From: Thalassobaculaceae bacterium
Lineage (GTDB): Bacteria > Pseudomonadota > Alphaproteobacteria > Thalassobaculales > Thalassobaculaceae
Assembly: GCA_965228875.1 (NCBI GenBank)
Contig: OZ245843.1
Span: 2,276,616-2,340,615, forward strand
Direction: 5' to 3'
DNA length: 64,000 nt
Part shown: piece after piece, positions 50,953-61,351 of the stretch
How the letters are laid out: each line of letters begins with the position of its first letter
How positions within the stretch are numbered: position 1 is the first letter of the stretch
Made by a program: the position numbers and the translations under genes
Notes under the pieces: model-generated
Told to the model about the DNA's origin: nothing
The model's input: the letters and a program-made list of their open reading frames with translations, nothing else
Database searches by the model: none

Positions 50953-53907
50953 GTGCCGTTCGCCCTCGCCCCCCGGATCGTTCCCATCGCCGTCGATCCG
51001 GATGCGGCGGCCGTCGGCATGGACCGCTGCCGCGAGCGGCTCGCCGATCTGAAGGACAGCGCCGAGGCGGATCGCGCCGCCGCCATGCTCGACGACGGTC
51101 CGAGCCGGGCGCTGATCGAGGGGATCGCCGTCCACTCGCCCTATCTCACCCGCGAACTGGTCCGCGAACTCGGCTTCGCCGGCGGCATCTTCGCCGATGG
51201 CGTCGGCCCGGCCATGGAGCGGATCGGCGACGACCTCGCCACCGTCGATCCGCGCGCCGACACGCCGACGGTGATGCGGGCCCTAAGGGTGGCGAAGCGC
51301 CGTGCCGCCCTGACCATCGCGCTCGCCGACATCGCCGGGCTGTGGAATCTGATCGAGGTGACGGGGGCGATCTCGGACGTGGCCGAGCGGACGCTGGAAC
51401 TTTCCTGGCGCCACGCCCTGGCAGAGGCGATCCGACGCAAGAAACTGCCGCTCTCCGGCGAGGGCGACCCGATCGAGGGATCCGGCTTGGTCTGTCTCGC
51501 CATGGGCAAATTCGGCGCCGGCGAGTTGAACTATTCCAGCGATATCGACCTGATCGTCCTGTTCGACGACACGCTCGACATCTACGCCGACCATCTGGAG
51601 CTGCGCCACGCCTTCGTGCAGGCGACCCAGACCATGGTGAAGCTGATGGAGGAACGCACCGCCGACGGCTACGTGTTCCGCACCGACCTGCGCCTGCGGC
51701 CGGACCCGGCCTCGACCCCGCCGGCGATCTCGCTGACCGCCGCCGAGACCTATTACGAGAGCATGGGGCAGAACTGGGAACGGGCGGCGATGATCAAGGC
51801 ACGCCCGGTGGCGTCGGACAGGGACTCGGCGACCGGGTTCCAGGCGGCGATGACGCCGTTCGTGTGGCGTCGCCACCTGGATTTCGCGGCGATCCAGGAC
51901 GTCCATTCGATCAAGCGCCAGATCGCGGTTCATCGCAAGGCGGCCGTGGTCAAGGCCGAGGGGCAGAACGTCAAGCTCGGCCGCGGCGGCATCCGGGAGA
52001 TCGAGTTCTTCGCCCAGACGCAGCAGCTGATCTGGGGCGGGCGGGACGCGCGACTGCGGGTGCGCGGCACCGAGGACGCGCTGAAGGCGCTCGTCCAGGC
52101 CGGGCGCGTGCGCGAGGAGGTGGCGAGCGACCTCAAGCTCTCCTACCGCTTCCTGCGCAAGGTCGAGCATCGCCTGCAGATGATCGAAGACAAGCAGACC
52201 CAGGAACTGCCCGAGGATCCGGCGGCCCTCGACCGCTTCGCCGCCTTCCTGGGCTACGAGGATCCGAAGCGCTTCCGTGGCGACCTCGCCCACCATCTAC
52301 ACACCGTGGCCTACCATTACGGCCGCCTGTTCGAGGAGGCTCCGGCCTTGTCCGTGCCGACCCGCGAGGCCGGAAGCCTCGTCTTCACCGGAAGCGAGGA
52401 CGACCCGGAAACGCTGAAGACGCTGCATGAGCTCGGCTTCACCGATCCCCCGGCCGTTGCCGAGACGGTCCGCAACTGGCACCGCGGCCATGCGCGCGCG
52501 ACCCGCAGCGAACGGGCCCGGCAGATCCTGACCGAGATCACCCCGGCGCTGCTGGAGGCGATCGGCCGGATGCCGCAACCGGACCAGGCGTTCCGCCGGC
52601 TCGACCGGTTCCTGGAGGCGCTGCCGGCCGGCGTGCAGATCTTCAGCCTGTTCCACGCCAACCCGACGCTGATCCAGGTGGTGGCGGAGATCCTCGGCAT
52701 GGCACCGTCGCTCGCCGGCCAGCTCGGACGCGAGCCGGCATTGTTCGAGGGAATCCTGACCCACGACGTGATGCAGCCGCTGCCCGACGCCACAGCGCTG
52801 ACCGGGGAACTGGAACGCCATCTGACGGCCACGGACGACTACGAGACCGCGCTCGACACCACCCGGCGGTGGACCGGCGATCGGCGCTTCCAGATCGGCG
52901 TGCAGATCATCCGCGCCCATCTCGACGCCGACCGGGCCGGGGCGACCTACTCCGACGTCGCCGACGCGACGATCAACGCCCTCCTGCCCTGGGTGGAGCG
53001 CGACTTCGCCCGACGCCACGGCCGGCTCCCCGAGGTGGAGACGCCCGCCCTGGCGGTCATCGCACTCGGCAAATACGGCGGCCGCGAACTGAGCTATGGC
53101 TCCGACCTCGACCTGGTGTTCCTGTACGATGCACCGCTGGACATCGAGTCGGACGGCGAGAAGCCGCTCTACACGTCCGCCTACATGATCCGCCTCGGCC
53201 AGCGCCTGATCTCCGCTTTGAGCGCGAAGACCGCCGAGGGGGCGCTGTACGAGGTCGACATGCGGCTGCGACCGACCGGCAACAAGGGTCCCGTCGCGAT
53301 CAGCATGGAGGCGTTCCGGAAGTACCACGACGAGGACGCCTGGACCTGGGAGCGGATGGCCCTGACCCGCGCCCGCGTCGTCGCCGCCCCGGCGGAGTTC
53401 AAGGGAAGGATCGAGGAGAGCATCCGCGCCATCCTCACCCAGGAGCGCGACCCCAAGGCGCTCGCGACCGACGTCGCCGACATGCGCGACCGCACCGCCA
53501 AGGAGCACAGGTCGGACAGTCCCTGGACCGTGAAGCACTGGCGGGGCGGCCTGCTCGACCTGGAGTTCATCGCCCAGTTCCTGCAGCTTCGCCACGCCCA
53601 CGACCACCCCGAGATCCTCGACGGAAACACGGCCAACGCCTTCCTGAAGCTCGGCGCCGCCGGCCTGCTGCCGGAGGACGAGGCGACCTTCCTCGCGAAC
53701 TCCGTCCAGATCTGGCGCAACATCCAGGGCCTGCTGCGCCTGACCGTCGGCGCCGAGTTCGATCCCGAGACCGCGCCGGAGGCGCTCAAGTCCCGCCTCG
53801 CCAAGACCAGCCGGGCGATCGACTTCGCCACCCTGGAACGGGTGATCGAGAAGATGAGCGCGGTGGTGATGCGCACCTACGACCGCTACGTGGTCGAGGG
53901 GCGCTGA
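50953..53907 (+). CDS. glnE: glutamine synthetase adenylyltransferase/adenylyl-removing enzyme
   Basis: Duplicated MGKFGAGELNYSSDIDL and LGKYGGRELSYGSDLDL, D.RLRP, WER, KLGRGGIREIEF; start uncertain. Confidence 0.95.
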   Translation: MPFALAPRIVPIAVDPDAAAVGMDRCRERLADLKDSAEADRAAAMLDDGPSRALIEGIAVHSPYLTRELVRELGFAGGIFADGVGPAMERIGDDLATVDPRADTPTVMRALRVAKRRAALTIALADIAGLWNLIEVTGAISDVAERTLELSWRHALAEAIRRKKLPLSGEGDPIEGSGLVCLAMGKFGAGELNYSSDIDLIVLFDDTLDIYADHLELRHAFVQATQTMVKLMEERTADGYVFRTDLRLRPDPASTPPAISLTAAETYYESMGQNWERAAMIKARPVASDRDSATGFQAAMTPFVWRRHLDFAAIQDVHSIKRQIAVHRKAAVVKAEGQNVKLGRGGIREIEFFAQTQQLIWGGRDARLRVRGTEDALKALVQAGRVREEVASDLKLSYRFLRKVEHRLQMIEDKQTQELPEDPAALDRFAAFLGYEDPKRFRGDLAHHLHTVAYHYGRLFEEAPALSVPTREAGSLVFTGSEDDPETLKTLHELGFTDPPAVAETVRNWHRGHARATRSERARQILTEITPALLEAIGRMPQPDQAFRRLDRFLEALPAGVQIFSLFHANPTLIQVVAEILGMAPSLAGQLGREPALFEGILTHDVMQPLPDATALTGELERHLTATDDYETALDTTRRWTGDRRFQIGVQIIRAHLDADRAGATYSDVADATINALLPWVERDFARRHGRLPEVETPALAVIALGKYGGRELSYGSDLDLVFLYDAPLDIESDGEKPLYTSAYMIRLGQRLISALSAKTAEGALYEVDMRLRPTGNKGPVAISMEAFRKYHDEDAWTWERMALTRARVVAAPAEFKGRIEESIRAILTQERDPKALATDVADMRDRTAKEHRSDSPWTVKHWRGGLLDLEFIAQFLQLRHAHDHPEILDGNTANAFLKLGAAGLLPEDEATFLANSVQIWRNIQGLLRLTVGAEFDPETAPEALKSRLAKTSRAIDFATLERVIEKMSAVVMRTYDRYVVEGR

Positions 53908-54030
53908 AGCCCCCATTATCCCCGCGCCGCGGCCCGGGACTGCGAGATTAGGACGCCGGCACGATCGCCCGGTGACCCGCCCGCCGATCGGCTCTAGGAT
54001 CGGCGAAAAGCAGAAAATATGGAGGGAACC

Positions 54031-55089
54031 ATGCAGGCTGAACCGATCACCGGCCGCTGCGTGTGGACCGGCGCCGAAATGGAGGCGTCCGGCGACTGGC
54101 TGCGCACCTGGCCCGAGGAGGCAATCCCCGCCATCGACGCCGCCCTTGCCCATGCCAGGGCCGGCGGCAAGGCGCTGACGGAACTCACCGCCGACGATTT
54201 CCCGCTGCCGGGCCTCGCGGGTTTCTTCGCCGACATTCTGGACGAACTGGAGGACGGGCGCGGCGCCGTCCGCATCACCGGGTTTCCAGTGGCCCGCTAC
54301 GACGAGGACGCGCTGCGTACGATCTTCTGGGGGATCGGACAGCATCTCGGCACCCCGCTGAACCAGACCGCGTTCGGCGAGATCCTGGGCGAGGTGCGCG
54401 ACGAGTCCCACGACGACGGCCGGGTCACTCAGCAGCTCGCCGAGCATCGCCACGGCGCCGACAGTGTGCTGGCGTCGCGCGCCCGCGCCCGCTCGACGGG
54501 GCCGTTGCGCTTCCATACCGACCGCTGCGACGTGATCGCCCTGTTCTGCGTCGCCAACGGGATCGACGGCGGCGTCAGCAAGCTTGCCAGCATCCCCCAC
54601 ATCCACAACGCGATCCTTCAGCGCCGCCCCGACCTGCATGCGCTGCTGATGCAGGACTACTGGCGCTCACGGCCGGAGGACGAGGAAGGGGTGCGTAAGG
54701 ACAAGGTGTTCGCGCTGCCGGTCTTCGGCGTGCGCGACGGCAAGATCACCAGCCAGTACAGCCGGACCTACGTGGAACAGGCGCAGGAAACCGCGGACGT
54801 GCCGCGCCTGACCGCCGCGCAGAACGAGGCGCTCGATCTGCTCGCCGAGGTGGCGGAGGAGAGCTGTCTGCACTCGGCCTTCGCACCGGGCGATATCCAG
54901 TTGCTCAACAACCACGTCGTCTATCACGGCCGCACGGCCTACGACGACGACCGTTCATCCGGACAGGTCCGCTGCCTGCTGCGACTCTGGCTGAGCGTCG
55001 CCAACAGCCGGGCGCTGCCGGAGGGTTTCGAGGTGCTGTGGGGTGCGACCGAGCCGGGGGCCCTGCGCGGCGGGGTGTTCCCGGGATAG
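54031..55089 (+). CDS. TauD/TfdA-family dioxygenase
   Basis: FHTD, GDIQLLNN...HGR and LLRLW. Confidence 0.88.
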   Translation: MQAEPITGRCVWTGAEMEASGDWLRTWPEEAIPAIDAALAHARAGGKALTELTADDFPLPGLAGFFADILDELEDGRGAVRITGFPVARYDEDALRTIFWGIGQHLGTPLNQTAFGEILGEVRDESHDDGRVTQQLAEHRHGADSVLASRARARSTGPLRFHTDRCDVIALFCVANGIDGGVSKLASIPHIHNAILQRRPDLHALLMQDYWRSRPEDEEGVRKDKVFALPVFGVRDGKITSQYSRTYVEQAQETADVPRLTAAQNEALDLLAEVAEESCLHSAFAPGDIQLLNNHVVYHGRTAYDDDRSSGQVRCLLRLWLSVANSRALPEGFEVLWGATEPGALRGGVFPG

Positions 55090-55092
55090 CCG

Positions 55093-55479
55093 CTACTCGA
55101 TCCGGATCGCGACCTTCTGCGGGTAGAACGCCACGTGCTTCACCAGTGCGAGGCACTCGTCATAGGGCAGGTCGTAGGACCAGGCGGCGTTGTCCGCTTT
55201 CGTCCCGCCGGCGTCGATCGACCAGTAGCTGGCCGTCCCCTTGTACGGACAGTAGGTCGACCGCGAGGTCGGGGTGAAGGCGTCGGCCCGCGTGTCGACC
55301 ATCGGCACGTAGTAGACCGGCGCGTGGCCGCTCTCCTCGCAGAGCAGCGCGTCGGCGCTGTCGGCGATCACGTCGCCGGCCAGCGTGACGACCACCCGTT
55401 TGTCGGACGGTGTGAGAACGACCCTGTGTTCGGGCTTCCGGACGAAACCGGGAGCGGGATTGGTTCCGGCATCGGGCAT
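55093..55479 (-). CDS. DUF427 domain protein
   Basis: E....PVYY.P, TYCPYKGTASYW and AWSY. Confidence 0.88.
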   Translation of the reverse strand: MPDAGTNPAPGFVRKPEHRVVLTPSDKRVVVTLAGDVIADSADALLCEESGHAPVYYVPMVDTRADAFTPTSRSTYCPYKGTASYWSIDAGGTKADNAAWSYDLPYDECLALVKHVAFYPQKVAIRIE

Positions 55480-55631
55480 GGAGCGTCCTCCCTGTTGCTG
55501 CCGACAGTTTGGCCGGATCGGCGGAGACCGCAAGGCCCGCAGAGCCCCCATTGCCACCTGCTCGCGCAACCGTGCATCCTGACGGCGAAGGCGCTGAGAT
55601 CGACAACAAGAGCGCCGACAGGAGGATCCTG

Positions 55632-56531
55632 ATGAGCAATCCCCAGTTCTGGGGCATCTATCCGATGCTCTACGCCTGGTTCGGCGCCGACGGAAAGCTC
55701 GACCGCGGCGCCAACGCCGCCCAGGTCCAGGCCTGCATCGCCGGCGGCGTGCATGGCCTCGCCGTGGGCGGGCTGGCCAGCGAGTGCAACAAGCTGACCG
55801 TCGAGGAACGCCGCGACCATGCGCGCTGGACCATCGAGGCCGCCGGCAACGAGGTGCCGGTCAGCGTCACCGTCTCCGACAACACGGTCGGCGGCCAGAT
55901 CGAAAGCGTGAAGCGCGCCGCCGATGCCGGCGCCGCATGGGCGGTGCTGCAGCCGCCGCCGGTGAAGTCGGCCAGCGAGGAGGCGCTGATCGAGTTCTTC
56001 GGCGCCGTCGCCGACGCGTCGCCGGTTCCGGTCGGCATTCAGAACGCGCCGGAGTACATCGGCATCGGCCTGTCCAACGCCGGCCTGATCGAGCTGCGCC
56101 GCCGCCACCCCAACGTCTCCATCCTCAAGGCCGAGGGCAACGGGCTCTACATCGGCAAGCTCGCTGAGGACTCGGGCGGCGCGTTCACCCTGTTCAACGG
56201 CCGCAACGGCATCGAATTGCTGGACAGCCTGCGCCACGGCTGCGCCGGGCTGATCCCCGGGGTCGAGGCCTGCGACGTCGAGAGCCGGATCTACGAGCAC
56301 CACGTTGCCGGCCGCGCCGACGAGGCCGACCGGGAGTTCCGAGAAATTCTGCCGCTGCTGCATTTCCTCATGCATACGATCGACCACCTGCTGTGCTACG
56401 GGAAGCGCCTGGCCGCGTGGCGCCTCGGCATCGAGGAGGTGCACGACCGCGGTCCGGCCCAGACCCCGCACGCCGTGGGGATGGCCATCCTCAATCACTG
56501 GTCCCGCGACCTCGGGAGGCTCGGACAATGA
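55632..56531 (+). CDS. dihydrodipicolinate synthase-family aldolase/lyase (non-canonical)
   Basis: G..SE...LT.EER, Schiff-base K in ILKAE; GLASE in place of GTTGE. Confidence 0.82.
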   Translation: MSNPQFWGIYPMLYAWFGADGKLDRGANAAQVQACIAGGVHGLAVGGLASECNKLTVEERRDHARWTIEAAGNEVPVSVTVSDNTVGGQIESVKRAADAGAAWAVLQPPPVKSASEEALIEFFGAVADASPVPVGIQNAPEYIGIGLSNAGLIELRRRHPNVSILKAEGNGLYIGKLAEDSGGAFTLFNGRNGIELLDSLRHGCAGLIPGVEACDVESRIYEHHVAGRADEADREFREILPLLHFLMHTIDHLLCYGKRLAAWRLGIEEVHDRGPAQTPHAVGMAILNHWSRDLGRLGQ

Positions 56532-57232
56532 CCACCTTCGTTCTCGTTCACGGCGCCTGGCATGGCGGCTGGTGCTGGGTGCGCGTCGCCGAGCGCCTGC
56601 GCGCCGCCGGCCATACGGTCTTCACGCCGACCCTGACCGGCCTTGCCGACCGCGCCCATCTGATGAGCCCGACGCTCAGCCTGATGACGCACATCAAGGA
56701 CGTCACCGGCCTGCTGCGATGGGAGGACCTGTCGGACGTGGTGCTGGTCGGCCATTCCTATGGCGGCGTGGTCATCACCGGCGCCGCCGACCGCGAGGCC
56801 GAGCGGGTTAAGTCGCTGATCTACCTCGATGCCCTTGTTCCGGGCCACGGCCAGTGCGCCATGGACCTGCGCCGGCCCGACCAGGTCGAGGCCACCCTGG
56901 CCGCCGCCCGCGCCAGGGGAGCGGGCTGGCGCATCCCGCCGACCACCGCCGCGACCTTCAAGGTGAACGAGGCCGATCAGGCCTGGGTCGACGCCAAGTG
57001 CACCGACCTGCCGCTCGCCTGCTTCACAGAGCCGCTGTACCTGAACGGTGCGGTCGACCGGATCAGGACCCGCGCCTATATCCGGGCGGCCGGCTATCCG
57101 GCGGAGAATTTCGACGCCGCACTGGAGAAGTTCCGGGCCGAGGACTTCGACACCTATGCCCTCGACTGCGGCCACGACGTCATGGTCGACATGCCGGAAG
57201 AGCTGACCCGGATCCTGCTGGACTACGCGTGA
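56528..57232 (+). CDS. alpha/beta hydrolase (esterase)
   Basis: VLVHGAWHGGWCW, GHSYGG and GHD; ATGA overlap. Confidence 0.9.
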   Translation: MTTFVLVHGAWHGGWCWVRVAERLRAAGHTVFTPTLTGLADRAHLMSPTLSLMTHIKDVTGLLRWEDLSDVVLVGHSYGGVVITGAADREAERVKSLIYLDALVPGHGQCAMDLRRPDQVEATLAAARARGAGWRIPPTTAATFKVNEADQAWVDAKCTDLPLACFTEPLYLNGAVDRIRTRAYIRAAGYPAENFDAALEKFRAEDFDTYALDCGHDVMVDMPEELTRILLDYA

Positions 57233-57304
57233 GTCACTGAGACCGGGTTCCGGACGTCCCCGGCTCCGGGCCGAGGGCTGTCCGGACCGCGGGAGGGAGT
57301 CCGG

Positions 57305-57769
<465 letters not shown>

Positions 57770-57945
57770 GGATCGCGTCTCCCTCTGCTTGGTCTGCCCG
57801 ACATTTCGGTCATCGCCGGCGGAAGTCAATCCGGGCCGGATCCGCTGGCGGCATTGGCCGGCGGCGAGCGACGGTAGCCTTGCCGCGCCCGCGTCACGCT
57901 GCTAATCACGCGACTCCGCAGAATCCCTAGAGTGCGAGGGCCCTT

Positions 57946-59565
57946 ATGGCCGGCGAGGACCGCGTCTACCTGTTCGACACCACCCTGCGCGACGGTCAGC
58001 AGACCCGTGGCGTCGATTTCACCGTCGCCGACAAGGCGGCCATCGCCCGCGCGCTCGATCAGCTTGGCATCGACTACATCGAGGGTGGCTGGCCGGGTGC
58101 GAACCCGACCGACGACCGGTTCTTCGCCGAGCCGCCGAAGATGGAGAGCGCCCGGATCGTCGCCTTCGGCATGACCCGGCGGCCCGGGCGCAGCGCCGAG
58201 AACGACCCCGGTCTCGCCGGGATCTTCGACGCCCGCGTCCCGGCCGTCTGTCTGGTCGGCAAGACCTGGGACTTCCACGTCGACGTGGCCCTGGAGATCG
58301 ACCGCGACGAGAACATCGCGATGATCCGCGACAGCATGGCCCGCGCGGTCACGCTCGACCGCGAGCCAATGTTCGACTGCGAGCACTTCTTCGACGGGTT
58401 CAAGGCCAACCCCGACTATGCCCTGGCCTGCGCCGAGGCCGCCCACGAGGCCGGCGCGCGCTGGGTGGTGCTGTGCGACACCAACGGCGGAACCCTGCCG
58501 CACGAGATCGAGGAGATCGTGTCCAAGGTCGTGGATCGCATTCCCGGAACCCATGTCGGCATCCATTGCCACAACGACACCGGCAACGCCGTCGCGAACT
58601 CCCTGGCGGCGATCCGCGCCGGCGCCCGCCAGGTCCAGGGAACCATCAACGGCCTCGGCGAGCGCTGCGGCAACGCGGATCTGATGGCGATCATTCCCAA
58701 CCTGGTCCTGAAGATGGGCCTGGAGACCGGCGTGAACGCCGACAGGCTGACCCATCTGACGGCGGTCTCGCGGATGCTGGACGAGCGGCTGAACCGGGCG
58801 AGCGACCCGCACCGCGCCTATGTCGGCGCCGCCGCCTTCGCCCACAAGGGCGGCCTGCACGTCTCGGCGGTGCAGAAGGACCCCAAGACCTACGAGCACG
58901 TGGAGCCGTCCAGCATCGGCAACCAGCGCCACATCCTGGTCTCCGACCAGGCCGGACGTTCCAACATCCTGGCCCGCTTCGCCGAGATCGGCGTCGAGAT
59001 CGACCCCAAGCACCCGAAGGTCCAGCGCCTGGTCGAGGAGGTGAAGGAGAAGGAATTCCTCGGCTACTCCTACGACAGCGCCGAGGCCAGCTTCGAACTG
59101 CTGGCCCGCCGGCTGATCGAAGGGGTGCCGGAATACTTCACCATCGAGCGCTGGCGGGTCATGGACGAGCGGCGGTTCAACGCCCGCGGCCAACTAGTCA
59201 TCGAGTCCGAGGCGACGGCGACGCTGAAGGTCGGCGGCAACGCCCATCACGAGGTCGCCGTCGGCAACGGCCCGGTCAACGCCCTCGACACGGCGATCCG
59301 CAAGGCGCTGACGCCGTCCCTGCCAGGCATCGGGGCAATGCGGCTGATCGACTACAAGGTCCGCATCCTGCCTCCTGCCCGCGACGGCGACGGCACGGAC
59401 GCCACCACCCGCGTGATGATCGAGAGCGAGGACGACGAGGGCCGGACCTGGCGCACCGTCGGCGTCAGCCCGAACATCATCGACGCCTCGATCGCCGCGC
59501 TGTCCGACGCCATCACCTGGAAGCTGCTGCGCGACGGCGTGGCGGTACCCGACGCGGACGCCTGA
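57946..59565 (+). CDS. cimA: citramalate synthase
   Basis: DTTLRDG, EGGWPGANP, EHFFDG, HCHND, GERCGNA, FAHKGGLH and NGPVNALD. Confidence 0.9.
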   Translation: MAGEDRVYLFDTTLRDGQQTRGVDFTVADKAAIARALDQLGIDYIEGGWPGANPTDDRFFAEPPKMESARIVAFGMTRRPGRSAENDPGLAGIFDARVPAVCLVGKTWDFHVDVALEIDRDENIAMIRDSMARAVTLDREPMFDCEHFFDGFKANPDYALACAEAAHEAGARWVVLCDTNGGTLPHEIEEIVSKVVDRIPGTHVGIHCHNDTGNAVANSLAAIRAGARQVQGTINGLGERCGNADLMAIIPNLVLKMGLETGVNADRLTHLTAVSRMLDERLNRASDPHRAYVGAAAFAHKGGLHVSAVQKDPKTYEHVEPSSIGNQRHILVSDQAGRSNILARFAEIGVEIDPKHPKVQRLVEEVKEKEFLGYSYDSAEASFELLARRLIEGVPEYFTIERWRVMDERRFNARGQLVIESEATATLKVGGNAHHEVAVGNGPVNALDTAIRKALTPSLPGIGAMRLIDYKVRILPPARDGDGTDATTRVMIESEDDEGRTWRTVGVSPNIIDASIAALSDAITWKLLRDGVAVPDADA

Positions 59566-59569
59566 GCCG

Positions 59570-60334
59570 GTGGCGGGGACGGATCACGCCAGATCGGCCA
59601 CCGGCGCCGGCCCGGCAATCGTGCTGGTCGAGCCGCAGCTCGGCGAGAACATCGGCGCCTGCGCCCGCGCGATGCTGAACTGCGGGCTTACCGACATGCG
59701 CCTGGTCAGCCCGCGCGACGGCTGGCCGAACCCCGCGGCCGAGGCCATGGCCGCCGGCGCCATCGAGGTGCTGCAGAAGGCGCGGGTCTATCCGACCACG
59801 GCCGAGGCCTGCGCCGACCTCACCTACGTGCTCGCAACGACGGCCCGTCCGCGCGGCGTCACCAAGGAGGCGCTCGTCCCCCGCACCGCAGCGGAGCGAC
59901 TCCGTAGCCGCATCGGCGCCGGCCAGCCGGCCGGCGTGCTGTTCGGACCGGAACGGGCCGGGCTGGTGAACGAGGACGTCACCCTTGCCGACGCGGTCAT
60001 CACGGTCCCGCTCAATCCAGGTTTCGCGTCCCTGAACCTGGCCCAGGCGGTGCTGCTCGTGGGATACGAGTGGTTCCAGGGTGGCGACGACACCCCGGGC
60101 GCCCAGTTGATGACGGACAGCCCTCCGGCTCCGGTTGAGACCAGGGAGTTCTTCTTCCGCCGGCTGGAGGAGGAGCTGGAGGAGGTCGGGTTCTTCTTTC
60201 CGGAGCATCTCGGCCCCACCATGAAGCGCAACCTGCGCACTCTGTTCACCCGCGCCGGGATGACCGATCAGGAAGTGCAGAGCCTGCACGGGGTGATCAA
60301 GGCCCTGACCGGCAAGCGTCGCCGCAGGACGTAG
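59570..60334 (+). CDS. TrmJ/LasT-family SPOUT RNA methyltransferase
   Basis: [22 protein letters not shown] and SLNLAQAV. Confidence 0.9.
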   Translation: MAGTDHARSATGAGPAIVLVEPQLGENIGACARAMLNCGLTDMRLVSPRDGWPNPAAEAMAAGAIEVLQKARVYPTTAEACADLTYVLATTARPRGVTKEALVPRTAAERLRSRIGAGQPAGVLFGPERAGLVNEDVTLADAVITVPLNPGFASLNLAQAVLLVGYEWFQGGDDTPGAQLMTDSPPAPVETREFFFRRLEEELEEVGFFFPEHLGPTMKRNLRTLFTRAGMTDQEVQSLHGVIKALTGKRRRRT

Positions 60335-60402
60335 CGCGCAGCATCGGCTGCATACACCGCCTCCGGAGCGCCCGGCAAACCACCCTGCGGGTCGCGACGT
60401 AT

Positions 60403-60430
60403 TTGACATTTCCACGACGACCCGTATAAC
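60403..60430 (+). promoter_or_regulatory. sigma70-like promoter of rpsD
   Basis: TTGACA (60403-60408), 16-bp spacer, TATAAC (60425-60430). Confidence 0.6.
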
Positions 60431-60575
60431 CCCGCGCATTCCTGAGAAAGTGGAGCATGCGATCCGGCATGTTCCCGGCCTGGACATCGTTACACGGTGT
60501 CCGGGATCCCTATCGGGACAACCCGCCCGGCGGCCCGTGCAGGCCGCACCAGGGCTCAAGACGAAGGAGACCGCG

Positions 60576-61190
60576 ATGGCCAAGCGCATCGCTGCGAAGC
60601 ACAAGATCGATCGCCGCCTCGGTGTGAACCTCTGGGGCCGCCCCAAATCCCCGATCAACAACCGCGAGTACGGCCCCGGCCAGCACGGGCAGCGCCGCCG
60701 CAAGCCGACCGATTTCGGCGTGCAGCTGATGGCGAAGCAGAAGCTGAAGGGCTACTACGGCAACATCGGCGAGAAGCAGTTCCGCAAGTACTACGCCGAG
60801 GCCGTACGCCGTAAGGGCGACACCGGCGAGAACCTGATCGGCATTCTGGAGACCCGCCTCGACGCCGTTGTCTACCGCATGAAGTTCGTCCCGACCGTGT
60901 TCGCCGCCCGCCAGCTGGTCAACCACGGCCACGTCAAGGTCAACGGAAAGCGCGTCAACGTTCCCTCCTATCTGGTCCGCGAAGGCGACGTGGTCGAGGT
61001 CAAGGAGAAGTCGCGCGAGCTGCCGGTGGTGCTGGAAGGCGCGCAGTCGAACGAGCGCGACGTTCCGGACTACCTGGAGGTCGATCATTCGAAGATGACC
61101 GGGTCCTTCATCCGCATTCCGAAGCTCGAGGACGTGCCCTATCCGGTTCAGATGGAACCGAACCTCGTGGTCGAGTTCTACTCCCGCTGA
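60576..61190 (+). CDS. rpsD: 30S ribosomal protein S4
   Basis: [31 protein letters not shown] and [16 protein letters not shown]. Confidence 0.98.
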   Translation: MAKRIAAKHKIDRRLGVNLWGRPKSPINNREYGPGQHGQRRRKPTDFGVQLMAKQKLKGYYGNIGEKQFRKYYAEAVRRKGDTGENLIGILETRLDAVVYRMKFVPTVFAARQLVNHGHVKVNGKRVNVPSYLVREGDVVEVKEKSRELPVVLEGAQSNERDVPDYLEVDHSKMTGSFIRIPKLEDVPYPVQMEPNLVVEFYSR

Positions 61191-61217
61191 TCCGTCTTCC
61201 CCGAAAGTCTTTGCGTG

Positions 61218-61242
61218 GGCCGGCCCTTGTGGCCGGCCTTTT
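61218..61242 (+). terminator. rho-independent terminator after rpsD
   Basis: GGCCGGCC-cttgt-GGCCGGCC stem followed by TTTT. Confidence 0.65.
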
Positions 61243-61351
61243 GCATTAAGCTTCACTGCGCGTTTCCGTGGGGGGGACCGCCGGCCCGTTAACCAATTGT
61301 TATGCGGGTTTGAGCGATATACCGTTTTGGCATCGGTGGGTGGAGCAACAC

